A stretch of 57,793 nucleotides of DNA from positions 64,001 to 121,793 of IMG/VR virus record IMGVR_UViG_3300032329_000471, one strand, 5' to 3'. Each line of letters begins with the position of its first letter. The stretch's first letter is position 1. This DNA is from a virus. Taxonomy: Duplodnaviria > Heunggongvirae > Uroviricota > Caudoviricetes. The translations under genes were made by a program, and so were the position numbers. Positions 29,084 through 37,516 of the stretch are shown in pieces. The notes under the pieces were generated by a model. The model saw only the letters and a program-made list of their open reading frames with translations. It did no database searches and had not been told where the DNA came from.

Positions 29084-32000
29084 ATGAGCTGTAAGTACAC
29101 ATACAAAGGAATGGAGTTTGAAAAAGATGAGTTAGTTAAATATCTTATAGATAATCCATCAGAAAAGTTTGATAATAGTGGAAAGCAAAGTGACTTTTAC
29201 TACTCTATTAAAACTGGAGCCAGTTTAAAAGATTTGAAAAAAGCCGGTCTTAATGTAACGGTTGCTACAGTAACAATGCTTAATCAAAGAATAAGTGATG
29301 CTAAGAATATGGCTCAAGCTATTGAACACTCAGCTTATTCAGAAGAAGAAAAACTTAGGTTAAAAGCTTATTATAAAAACATTATTCAAGAAACAACTGG
29401 AGCTTTACGTGATATATCAACATCTACTGGGGATAAACAACTTAATCTTATTCTTAATCAAGCTACTATAGATCATAAACTTGTTGAAACTATGTATAAG
29501 TCGTCAGACTCTATAAGTTTTAATGAGTTAAAGTTTGCTAAAGAAATGGTAGAAAGCTGGTCTAATTTTAAATCTGTTCTTGGTATAGAAGATGTTGATG
29601 AGCTTCCGGATGAAACAAGAGAAAAAGTTAGAACTATTCTTCATAATTTTTCTGATCTATCTGATAAAACAAGAAGAATTGCTATAGAGCTTATAAGAAA
29701 AGCTTTTGATGGTAAAATAACTGAAACAGAGATTACAAGAATTGTAGATACATCATTAGCTACTGAATGGATCAGAGATCTTACTACTACAGGTGTTCCT
29801 ATTGCAAACGTATTAAGTAGATTATTAGAAGAAACTAATATTAAAATTAATAAGGAAAGAAATGATATACATCGTGAAATAGATAAGGTAGCTGATAAGC
29901 TAAAAACACATCCAGAAATAATAAAGAATGGGTTTGATATATTCTTTAAAATGAAAAAGAATAAGGATAACACTGAAACAAGAACTAGAGTTTCTAGATA
30001 TTCTCAAAAGTTTTGGGATTCTAAAAGAGCTAACTCAACAACATTAGATATTCAATTAAAAGAAGTGGGTGATAACAAAGAAAAAGTTAAAGCAGCTTGG
30101 GCTCGATACCACGCTTGGAATGAAGCTAACACTATATTGTTTAATTCACTACCTTTTATAAATTCTGAAGATTATAAAGACTCTGATAGAGAACGTGAAA
30201 TAGAAAATCTTAAAAATTTAGGATTTAAAGAAAACGAAATTGATAATATTATTAGCGAAAGTGCTTTAAGATATGAAAGATATTTAAAAGCTAAAGATCA
30301 ATATCAAGCTAATATGATAGCTAAGATAGCTTATCATCCAGAATTAATAGCTGAAGGTAAAACAGAAGCTGATTGGGTTAAAGAACAAGTAGAGGATTAT
30401 GATAATTTATACAATCCATTAAAATATGTTAATCAAAAGATATATGGAGCTCTAATTGTTACAGCAAAAGGTGGTGCTGAAAATTGTTATCTTGTTCCTG
30501 TAAAAAATATAAAAGGTCAGGATATGGAGTATTACGATAAACAGTTTGACACTATAGTTAATGATCCAGTATTATATGAATTTTATTCTTGGTTTGATAA
30601 AACGATTAAAGAAAATTTATCTTGGTATCCTAAAGAAGAAATAGAAGGACTTGGTTCAAACTATCTTCCAATTATAGCTGAAAAAGCTGCTAAAGAATAT
30701 GGACTTAGTAATATTAAAGACTCAGTTAAAGGATTAGGAGATTGGTTTTTAAATGCATTTACCGCGTATGACTATGAACAAAGAGTTGAAACCGGTGGTA
30801 TGACTATGAAAGAACGTAGAAACTTTAACGCTACATTTTTACATCAAGATATAGGAACTGAGAAAGCTTCTAAAGATATGATATTAATGGCTAGAGCCTT
30901 TGCTGATATGTCTTTGATATATAAACATAAGAATACAATTAAAGCTCAAGTTGATATTATTAATGACGTAATACAAGAAACTAAAGGTTCTTATAAATAC
31001 AATAAGAAAACAGGTGAATATATAGCTAAAGCTGAGGATGCTAAACATATAAAAGGATTGGCGGACTTTACTGTAAAAAAAGGATTTTATGGTATTAGTG
31101 ATAAAGATATGGCTGATGAAGCGCTTAGTGGTGATACTTTGTTTTATGATTGGAAAGAACTAGTTAGTGGTGGATTATATAAATCTGAAAAAGCTAAAAA
31201 AGCAAAAGCTATTGAAGATAAAATTAAAAAAGTTAATGAACAGTTAGATAAAGAAAATATTACAGAAAAAGATGAAGAAGTCTTAACAGATGCCTTATAT
31301 CAATTAAAAAAAGAACATACGAATTTAGGTGGTAGAAAGTTTTCATTATCACAAATGATTGATAGTAGTCTTACTTTAACAAGAGCTACATCATTAACTT
31401 TTAACGTAGCTTCTGCAGTTAGAAACTTACTTGTTGGTAAACTAAATAACTGGGAACACGCAAAAGGTGGTAGAGATTATACTACATCTGATTTAGCTAT
31501 TGCTAATAGATTAATAGCTTCTTCAATAGGTAAATACTGGTCTGGTGGAAAATATGAGACAAGAATGACACATATATTATTTAAAGTGTTATCAGATTCA
31601 GGACTATTAGAAGGAGAAGATCATGGTTATGTAAAATCTTTAGTTGATAATAGAAGTAATGTAGATAAGTTTAAAGCTATGTTACCTAAAGGGTATACAC
31701 TTCTTCAATCTGGTGACTATCATTTTAAATCTGAGCTTATGATGGCTGGTTTTAATTTTACTAAAGTTGAAACTAGCAAGGGACAAAAGTCTTTACATGA
31801 AGTATTAGATGAAGATGGTAAATATGATGAAAAAGAATTTGGTCCTTGGGATGCTGAAAAAAATGGTGGAAAAACATTTGATGAACTGTATACTGATACT
31901 ATTCTTAAATATAGACAACTAGCTAAAAAACTACATGGAGCTGTTGGTAAAGATATATATCTTAAAGCTAAAGGAAACTCTATAGGTAGATTGTTTATGG

Positions 32001-32593
32001 TGTTTAAATCATGGTTACCTGAAACAATTGGTGTAAGGTTTGATCCTAAACATATTGATGGTATAATGAATAGAGAAGAAGAAGGTTTTTATAGAACATT
32101 TGTTGGTATTTGTAGAGAAAAAGGATTAGGTACATTTAAACTTATGTTAGATGCTGTTCTTAATAGAGATGTAGATATAAGTGATGAAATGAAACTTGCT
32201 AACTTTAAAAAAGCTGTCGCTGAAATACAAGTTATTATAACATTAATGTTAGCGTATACAATATTATCAGCTATATCACCTACAGATAAAAAAGATAAAA
32301 AAATGTATAATCTTTTTGTTTTAAGACAATTAAAAGATTTACAACGTGATATGACTTATTATATAGATATTAGATCTGCAAATGATTTACAAAAAAATGT
32401 TGTACCAATACTGATCACTTATCAAAATATGGGAAAAGCTTTTAACGCTTTTGGACAACATATACTTGGTGTCGAAAAACCAGATGGTAAACTTAAATAT
32501 GATAATGAACGTACAGCACTTGCTATAACTAAAGTACTTCCAGTATTAAGTAATGTAAACAGAGTTATATATTATACTAAAGAGATACAATAA
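29084..32593 (+). CDS. Large virion cargo protein downstream of the RNAP
   Basis: 1169 aa, helical, last gene before a bidirectional terminator; synteny with crAss-like RNAP/cargo blocks. Confidence 0.5.
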   Translation: MSCKYTYKGMEFEKDELVKYLIDNPSEKFDNSGKQSDFYYSIKTGASLKDLKKAGLNVTVATVTMLNQRISDAKNMAQAIEHSAYSEEEKLRLKAYYKNIIQETTGALRDISTSTGDKQLNLILNQATIDHKLVETMYKSSDSISFNELKFAKEMVESWSNFKSVLGIEDVDELPDETREKVRTILHNFSDLSDKTRRIAIELIRKAFDGKITETEITRIVDTSLATEWIRDLTTTGVPIANVLSRLLEETNIKINKERNDIHREIDKVADKLKTHPEIIKNGFDIFFKMKKNKDNTETRTRVSRYSQKFWDSKRANSTTLDIQLKEVGDNKEKVKAAWARYHAWNEANTILFNSLPFINSEDYKDSDREREIENLKNLGFKENEIDNIISESALRYERYLKAKDQYQANMIAKIAYHPELIAEGKTEADWVKEQVEDYDNLYNPLKYVNQKIYGALIVTAKGGAENCYLVPVKNIKGQDMEYYDKQFDTIVNDPVLYEFYSWFDKTIKENLSWYPKEEIEGLGSNYLPIIAEKAAKEYGLSNIKDSVKGLGDWFLNAFTAYDYEQRVETGGMTMKERRNFNATFLHQDIGTEKASKDMILMARAFADMSLIYKHKNTIKAQVDIINDVIQETKGSYKYNKKTGEYIAKAEDAKHIKGLADFTVKKGFYGISDKDMADEALSGDTLFYDWKELVSGGLYKSEKAKKAKAIEDKIKKVNEQLDKENITEKDEEVLTDALYQLKKEHTNLGGRKFSLSQMIDSSLTLTRATSLTFNVASAVRNLLVGKLNNWEHAKGGRDYTTSDLAIANRLIASSIGKYWSGGKYETRMTHILFKVLSDSGLLEGEDHGYVKSLVDNRSNVDKFKAMLPKGYTLLQSGDYHFKSELMMAGFNFTKVETSKGQKSLHEVLDEDGKYDEKEFGPWDAEKNGGKTFDELYTDTILKYRQLAKKLHGAVGKDIYLKAKGNSIGRLFMVFKSWLPETIGVRFDPKHIDGIMNREEEGFYRTFVGICREKGLGTFKLMLDAVLNRDVDISDEMKLANFKKAVAEIQVIITLMLAYTILSAISPTDKKDKKMYNLFVLRQLKDLQRDMTYYIDIRSANDLQKNVVPILITYQNMGKAFNAFGQHILGVEKPDGKLKYDNERTALAITKVLPVLSNVNRVIYYTKEIQ

Positions 32594-32621
32594 AAAGAGG
32601 GAGTTATTCTCCCTCTTTTTT
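32592..32621. terminator. Bidirectional intrinsic terminator
   Basis: AAAAAGAGGGAG-TTATT-CTCCCTCTTTTT between convergent operons. Confidence 0.85.
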
Positions 32622-32622
32622 G

Positions 32623-32802
32623 TTACTTTTTTTTGTAATAAGTAAAGTAAATAATAATAATTCCTATACCAATTCCTATCTCATTATAGATAGACTCTTC
32701 TCTGGTATCATCACATATTGCTTCACCTTGTTCATACAAAATACCAAAAACAGTTTTTCTTTTTGAAAAAAAAGAAAACTTAACATGTAACATACTATTC
32801 AT
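32623..32802 (-). CDS. Small protein with a hydrophobic C-terminal segment (59 aa, not in the ORF track)
   Basis: Manual translation MNSMLHVKFSFFSKRKTVFGILYEQGEAICDDTREESIYNEIGIGIGIIIIYFTYYKKK; fills the gap between 32809 and the terminator. Confidence 0.55.
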   Translation of the reverse strand: MNSMLHVKFSFFSKRKTVFGILYEQGEAICDDTREESIYNEIGIGIGIIIIYFTYYKKK

Positions 32803-32808
32803 AACTGT

Positions 32809-33900
32809 CTAATTTTTAATTTCAAAAGGATGCTTCATAATAAAACAATCCTGTGGTTGATCCGTATGTTTTTTAAAGCCGTTAATATAGCTTTGTATAT
32901 TTGTAGATCCAACTGGATTATGTGAATGACAACATGCTTTCCAAGATAATAAAGTTTTATACTCATTTTCTAAAATACTGATATCAGGAATAAAAAATGG
33001 ATGTCTAAATTTATAATCTATATTTGGTTGTAAAATAGATGGTTTTGTAATAGGTAAATCATTAGCATTTTTCCATATAAAACCTTTACTTGTTTTATAT
33101 AAATTTCTTGCACAAGCTCTTATTGATGAAGCACTAAATCCTAGTTGTCTAGCAGCTTCTTCACTACTACCATAAACGTCAATTAAGTTATTATTAATAT
33201 CATATTGAGCTATTGGTATACTAATAGACGTATTTTCAGAAACTCTGCTTCTTTTTTTTGGTCTTATATTATTATTTATAGCATGTTCATTATTTTCTTT
33301 AGATGTACACCATTCTAAATTACTCCAATGATTGTTCCATCTATTCCCATCTATATGATTTATTTGTGATTTATTATCAATATTAACAATAAACGATTCA
33401 GCAACAAGTCTATGAATCTTTTTTCTACTTTTATTACCATTACCATCATATAATGTTACCATTAAACCAGTAACTGATTTATCAGGTTTAAGAAAAGCAT
33501 TTGTCTTTCCATTTTTTTTATTATATCCTTTATGAATAATTCTTCCAAAATTAGATACTTTATAAATAGATTCATAACCAGGTATGTCTTTCCATACTTC
33601 TTCTGTATATAATAATCTTTTCTGACAATGTTCTACTAACCAACGCGCGCAATCTAGTCCGGTTTTTTCTTTATACTGTCCGTAGTTAGGATGTTGAAAT
33701 CCTTCTACCATAAGTTGTTTGTAATAGTCATCCATATGTTCCTGGGCCAGGTCATGATCAAAAGAGATCAGATCTGGTATACCGTTTTTGGATATGTATT
33801 CTACAAACTCATCATAGTTTCTTACAACATTCCATGGATGATATCCGGGAATAGTTACAGTTGGGATACGCGTATCATCTAGATATAATGCTTTCTTCAT
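32809..33900 (-). CDS. Cyclic-phosphate-processing receiver (cREC)-like protein interrupted in frame by a NUMOD4-HNH-NUMOD1 endonuclease
   Basis: The N-part has LYLDDTRIP, WNVVRNYDEF, ISFDHDL and KTGLDCARWL. The C-part has HSHNPVGSTNI. The HNH lies between them. Confidence 0.8.
   Translation of the reverse strand: MKKALYLDDTRIPTVTIPGYHPWNVVRNYDEFVEYISKNGIPDLISFDHDLAQEHMDDYYKQLMVEGFQHPNYGQYKEKTGLDCARWLVEHCQKRLLYTEEVWKDIPGYESIYKVSNFGRIIHKGYNKKNGKTNAFLKPDKSVTGLMVTLYDGNGNKSRKKIHRLVAESFIVNIDNKSQINHIDGNRWNNHWSNLEWCTSKENNEHAINNNIRPKKRSRVSENTSISIPIAQYDINNNLIDVYGSSEEAARQLGFSASSIRACARNLYKTSKGFIWKNANDLPITKPSILQPNIDYKFRHPFFIPDISILENEYKTLLSWKACCHSHNPVGSTNIQSYINGFKKHTDQPQDCFIMKHPFEIKN
32946..33615 (-). 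mobile_element. In-frame homing endonuclease insertion (NUMOD4 + HNH_3 + NUMOD1)
   Basis: EEVWKDIPGYESIYKVSNFGRI; HRLVAESF..NHIDGNRWNNHWSNLEWCTSKEN; AQYDINNNLIDVYGSSEEAARQLG. Flanked by a 7-bp direct repeat (ATAATAA on + at 32946 and 33609, 663 bp apart). Confidence 0.75.
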
Positions 33901-33901
33901 T

Positions 33902-34375
33902 TTACTTAATATTTAATAGTTTACATATATATCTAAATTCATTAATAGAAGAACAGAATCCATTATAAACAATATCTAAAGAATATTTACCAGGTGGATT
34001 TGTTTTTATTTTTGAAGCATCTAGTATATAATCCCGTAACTCAATAGTTAATCTAGTACTTAAAATATTATATCTACAATCATAAGTATAGTTACCAATG
34101 TCTTTTTTAAATAATTTTACACCATCACCATAAATTATATCTGCTATACAGATCCATCCTTCAGCTTCTAACTGTTCTTTAGTGAGATATGGAGTTCTTA
34201 TTCTTCCTTCTTCTAAATCTTCTACAAGATTTTCTAAATCAAGTTCTTCAATAGTAATACTTTCCCAAGGATATTCATCTTTTTTTTCAAAAGCATATTC
34301 ATCACAATCTTTCCATTCACATTCATATCCAATATGTAAATCTGATATGTCTGGAGTATAATATTTATTTTCCAT
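33902..34375 (-). CDS. Hypothetical protein
   Basis: 157-aa ORF, tightly packed in the minus-strand operon. Confidence 0.7.
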   Translation of the reverse strand: MENKYYTPDISDLHIGYECEWKDCDEYAFEKKDEYPWESITIEELDLENLVEDLEEGRIRTPYLTKEQLEAEGWICIADIIYGDGVKLFKKDIGNYTYDCRYNILSTRLTIELRDYILDASKIKTNPPGKYSLDIVYNGFCSSINEFRYICKLLNIK

Positions 34376-34616
34376 CTTTAAATTCGTTTTCTAAATACTC
34401 AATTAGATACTTAGCGTATCCTGTTAATATCTCTTTATCTTGAAAAATAAAGCTGTTGAGTTTAGACTCAACAGCTTTATTATATTCTTCTTTTAGTAGT
34501 TTAAAACTACTTTTATTAATAGACAGACTTTCCTGATTCACTACTATAATTTTGATGATATTTTGATTCTTGTACTCCAGTTTGACCGTGGTATTTACTA
34601 CCTGCTTTTTGATCAT
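34365..34616 (-). CDS. Hypothetical protein (start uncertain)
   Basis: 83-aa ORF that overlaps the end of dcd by about 100 bp; the C-terminal half looks protein-like. Confidence 0.5.
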   Translation of the reverse strand: MIKKQVVNTTVKLEYKNQNIIKIIVVNQESLSINKSSFKLLKEEYNKAVESKLNSFIFQDKEILTGYAKYLIEYLENEFKDGK

Positions 34617-35172
34617 AGGATTCTTCTATTTCTCCCTCCACTCTAGCAAACTCTAACTGACATATTTTCATGTTAGGATATACTAATATAGGACGTGTAG
34701 CAACAAGTTCTAACACTAAGCTTCCTTCGAATCCTGGATCTATAAAACCAGCAGTTATATGTATAAACAATCCAAGTCTACCTAAAGAAGATTTACCTTC
34801 AACCTTAGCTCTTATATTACCTTTTACACCGATACGTTCGTTTACAGCATAAAGATAAACATCTCCTGGCATAAGAACACATCCATAATCTGGAATAGTA
34901 AATTCTTCTACTTCATTAGGTTTGCGTGGATCCAATGGTTCAGTGTAAACATACATACCATGACTATCTATAAAATATAGTTCTTCTTTATCTAATATAT
35001 ATTGAGGAACTTGATCTTTAAATACTTTTTTTACAGGCGTTTTATATATCTTAAAACTAGGCGCCAGCGTAAGATCAACACTAACTGGATTCAAATACTT
35101 TTCTTCAAAAGGAGCTATAATAACTTTACCTTTTAATAACTCATCTTTAATTACTTTGTCTGATAATATCAT
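34516..35172 (-). CDS. dcd: dCTP deaminase
   Basis: MILSDKVI, LNPVSVDLTL, GKSSLGRLGLFIHITAGFIDPGFEGSLVLEL, YPNMKICQL, YDQKAGSKYHGQ. Confidence 0.92.
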   Translation of the reverse strand: MILSDKVIKDELLKGKVIIAPFEEKYLNPVSVDLTLAPSFKIYKTPVKKVFKDQVPQYILDKEELYFIDSHGMYVYTEPLDPRKPNEVEEFTIPDYGCVLMPGDVYLYAVNERIGVKGNIRAKVEGKSSLGRLGLFIHITAGFIDPGFEGSLVLELVATRPILVYPNMKICQLEFARVEGEIEESYDQKAGSKYHGQTGVQESKYHQNYSSESGKSVY

Positions 35173-35447
35173 AATGGTATATTTTTTAATGTTTTTTCTA
35201 TTAACTCTTTATCTCTTGGTTTTAAAGCCGACATTCTTAATGCTATATCTTTCTTTAAAACAGAAGAATATATTTGTGTTTTTCTTACACATCTTTTTTG
35301 TACATCTGCTGGTGGTATACCCAATCTATTACCAGCTTTGTTAAAGTTCTCATACACACCTATAAGTTTAGAATCCCCCTGTAAAAGGGGATCATAAACT
35401 TTAACACATGTATCAGAACACACATCATTTCTTAAAGCTAAACTCAT
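35169..35447 (-). CDS. NUMOD1/IENR1-like small DNA-binding protein
   Basis: VKVYD..SKLIGVYENFNKAGNRLGI resembles the NUMOD1 HTH pattern. Confidence 0.45.
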   Translation of the reverse strand: MSLALRNDVCSDTCVKVYDPLLQGDSKLIGVYENFNKAGNRLGIPPADVQKRCVRKTQIYSSVLKKDIALRMSALKPRDKELIEKTLKNIPL

Positions 35448-35448
35448 T

Positions 35449-35727
35449 CTATAAATTATTTAATTTTCTAAAATTATCAACTTGATGTTTAGCTTGTTTT
35501 AAATCAAGTCCTGTAAAATCTTTGTGTTCTTTTACAGATTGTAAATACTCTCCATTGATTATATGATGAATAGTTTTTCCAGATAAGTTATCTGGATTTT
35601 TATATTCAACATAAAAATACGTGCTCATTCTTTTATCTATAGTGGCTTTAAATATTTCTAATTCTTCTTTAGAAGCTTTATTTTCTAGATATATGTTTAC
35701 AGTAGCTGTATGTTTTGTTAAGCCCAT
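35449..35727 (-). CDS. Protein with a ribosomal bL12 (L7/L12) C-terminal-like motif
   Basis: GEYLQSVKEHKDFTGLDLKQAKHQVD resembles the bL12 IKAVR..TGLGLKEAKDLVE motif. Confidence 0.45.
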   Translation of the reverse strand: MGLTKHTATVNIYLENKASKEELEIFKATIDKRMSTYFYVEYKNPDNLSGKTIHHIINGEYLQSVKEHKDFTGLDLKQAKHQVDNFRKLNNL

Positions 35728-36344
35728 TATAATAACTTTATTTGTTTTAATATTTCTTTTACTGTTAATTCAAGACTAGTTATATCAGAAACATTAGCTA
35801 TCTTAAAATCAAACTCCCAATCATCTAAGGCTACTTCGCTAGGATGACTATTTATTGGTTTATATCCGGGACGATCAACACGAATAATAACACCTCCTTT
35901 ATCTTTAATAGCTTTAGCTTCATTAGGAAATCTAACATCTGTTATCACCCATTTACTAGGGTGATGTTCAGACATCTTTGGTGATTTATAATCCGCAAAT
36001 AAAGCGTTCACCCATATATTATCGTGTAAACAGTTTCTCATAGCGTCTGTACCAAGAAGCTGTAAAAACATCCTTACAGTCATTGATTTAGAAATGTCTT
36101 CTCTGTCTATACCTTTTGGTAGCCACTTTTTTTCTATAACTTTAGTATTCCATTCATGTCCTAAATCAGTTTTTTTAAACTCTTGATCTTCAAACATCTC
36201 TATGGGAATACCTGTTAGGATAGAAGCTATGAGTTTTAACTTACCCGCAAACATTTTCATTTCCCAGGTATGATCTAATTCCCATATAATCTTTCCTATT
36301 GTACTTTTTCCAACCCCAGAGTACCCTGAAATCCCAATTATCAT
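35727..36344 (-). CDS. Deoxynucleoside monophosphate kinase (T4 gp1-like)
   Basis: IIGISGYSGVGKST P-loop, FAGKLK, RMFLQLLGTDAMR, WVITDVRFPNE. Confidence 0.85.
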   Translation of the reverse strand: MIIGISGYSGVGKSTIGKIIWELDHTWEMKMFAGKLKLIASILTGIPIEMFEDQEFKKTDLGHEWNTKVIEKKWLPKGIDREDISKSMTVRMFLQLLGTDAMRNCLHDNIWVNALFADYKSPKMSEHHPSKWVITDVRFPNEAKAIKDKGGVIIRVDRPGYKPINSHPSEVALDDWEFDFKIANVSDITSLELTVKEILKQIKLL

Positions 36345-36345
36345 T

Positions 36346-36687
36346 TTATTTATATTTATTATTAATAAATGTTTGAATCATGTCCACTACTTCTTCTACA
36401 TCATCTGGTGGAACTCTAAATACTTCTTCAGTAATCAACATCAAATATACAAGATCTGCTCTATCTAAATACTTTTTTACTGTTAATACTGACTTACTAT
36501 CTGGCATTAAGCTACAGACTTCGTTTACAGCTAATTGAGCTGCTTTTAGAGCTTTACCTAATATATATTTTTGTTGTTTACTAGTTAAAGATTTACTAGC
36601 TTCAATTCTTATTTCTATACACTTTAGATGTTGTAAAACACAAGCAAATAAATCAGATATACTATTTTCACTTAGTTGATCATCCAT
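36346..36687 (-). CDS. Hypothetical helical protein
   Basis: 113-aa ORF in the operon. Confidence 0.65.
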   Translation of the reverse strand: MDDQLSENSISDLFACVLQHLKCIEIRIEASKSLTSKQQKYILGKALKAAQLAVNEVCSLMPDSKSVLTVKKYLDRADLVYLMLITEEVFRVPPDDVEEVVDMIQTFINNKYK

Positions 36688-36697
36688 AAATAAATTT

Positions 36698-36727
36698 AAA
36701 AAATTAGGAAGATTATTCTCCCTAATT
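36698..36727 (-). terminator. Intrinsic terminator
   Basis: Minus strand AATTAGGGAGA-ATAA-TCTTCCTAATT (one G-U pair) followed by TTTT. Confidence 0.7.
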
Positions 36728-36730
36728 ATA

Positions 36731-37504
36731 TTACATAAATATTACACCCATATTAGGTTGTTCAAACTCTTTCATTATTTCTATTACATCAATAACCTCA
36801 CGATGTGTCACTGGTGACACCGGAACATTTATACCATTATTTGATATAGTTGGTTTAAAATAATTTTTTAAATAATTATATAATACCAACCGATCATCAA
36901 TGTATGAATAAGGATGTGACTCATCTAAAACGTCTGTCAACTTTTCAAACAACTCTAACACAGTTTTTGGAACGGATAAATCTAATTGTTTTTTTAATAT
37001 ACCAACTTGTGTTAGATTTAATATGTTTTCTATAAACAACAACTGACCTATAATACTTGATGTAGTTAGTTTATCAATAGGCATATTTATAAATGAGTCT
37101 ATTGTTTCATCAATTTTTGATATATCTGATACAGTGTTTAATTGTGATTGTACAGATGCATCTATATCACTGATAGTTAACCCTGTTCTCATTTTACAGA
37201 TATTAGGTGTTCTGTTAATGATTATTTTATCCATATAACTCTTACCTAACACACATCTAAATCCAAACGAGTTAACATAAGAATTAACCCATATTAATAT
37301 ATGACCTGATGTTGTATAATGAATACCTTGAACTACATCTTTAGTTGGAGTCATTCTATAATGTTCAAAAGAAACAGTATATCCATTTTTTGATAATGAG
37401 TCTTTTACACTATTTTTTACATCATTGTGTGATGTAAACCCATTTTTAGCAGGGCCACTATTTATAATAGCTTCTTCTATTACATATCCTACTTTAAGAG
37501 GCAT
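36731..37504 (-). CDS. DUF932-like hypothetical protein
   Basis: TSHNDV..., IWVNSYVNSFGFRCVLG pattern reminiscent of phage DUF932 proteins; possibly degenerate. Confidence 0.35.
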   Translation of the reverse strand: MPLKVGYVIEEAIINSGPAKNGFTSHNDVKNSVKDSLSKNGYTVSFEHYRMTPTKDVVQGIHYTTSGHILIWVNSYVNSFGFRCVLGKSYMDKIIINRTPNICKMRTGLTISDIDASVQSQLNTVSDISKIDETIDSFINMPIDKLTTSSIIGQLLFIENILNLTQVGILKKQLDLSVPKTVLELFEKLTDVLDESHPYSYIDDRLVLYNYLKNYFKPTISNNGINVPVSPVTHREVIDVIEIMKEFEQPNMGVIFM

Positions 37505-37516
37505 AATCTATAATTT

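Noticed and set aside
32946-33615. Intein or group I intron explaining the HNH insertion
   Set aside because: There are no Hint splicing motifs. Almost all of the insert is endonuclease-coding, with no evident intron core. It is kept as a finding pending RT-PCR.
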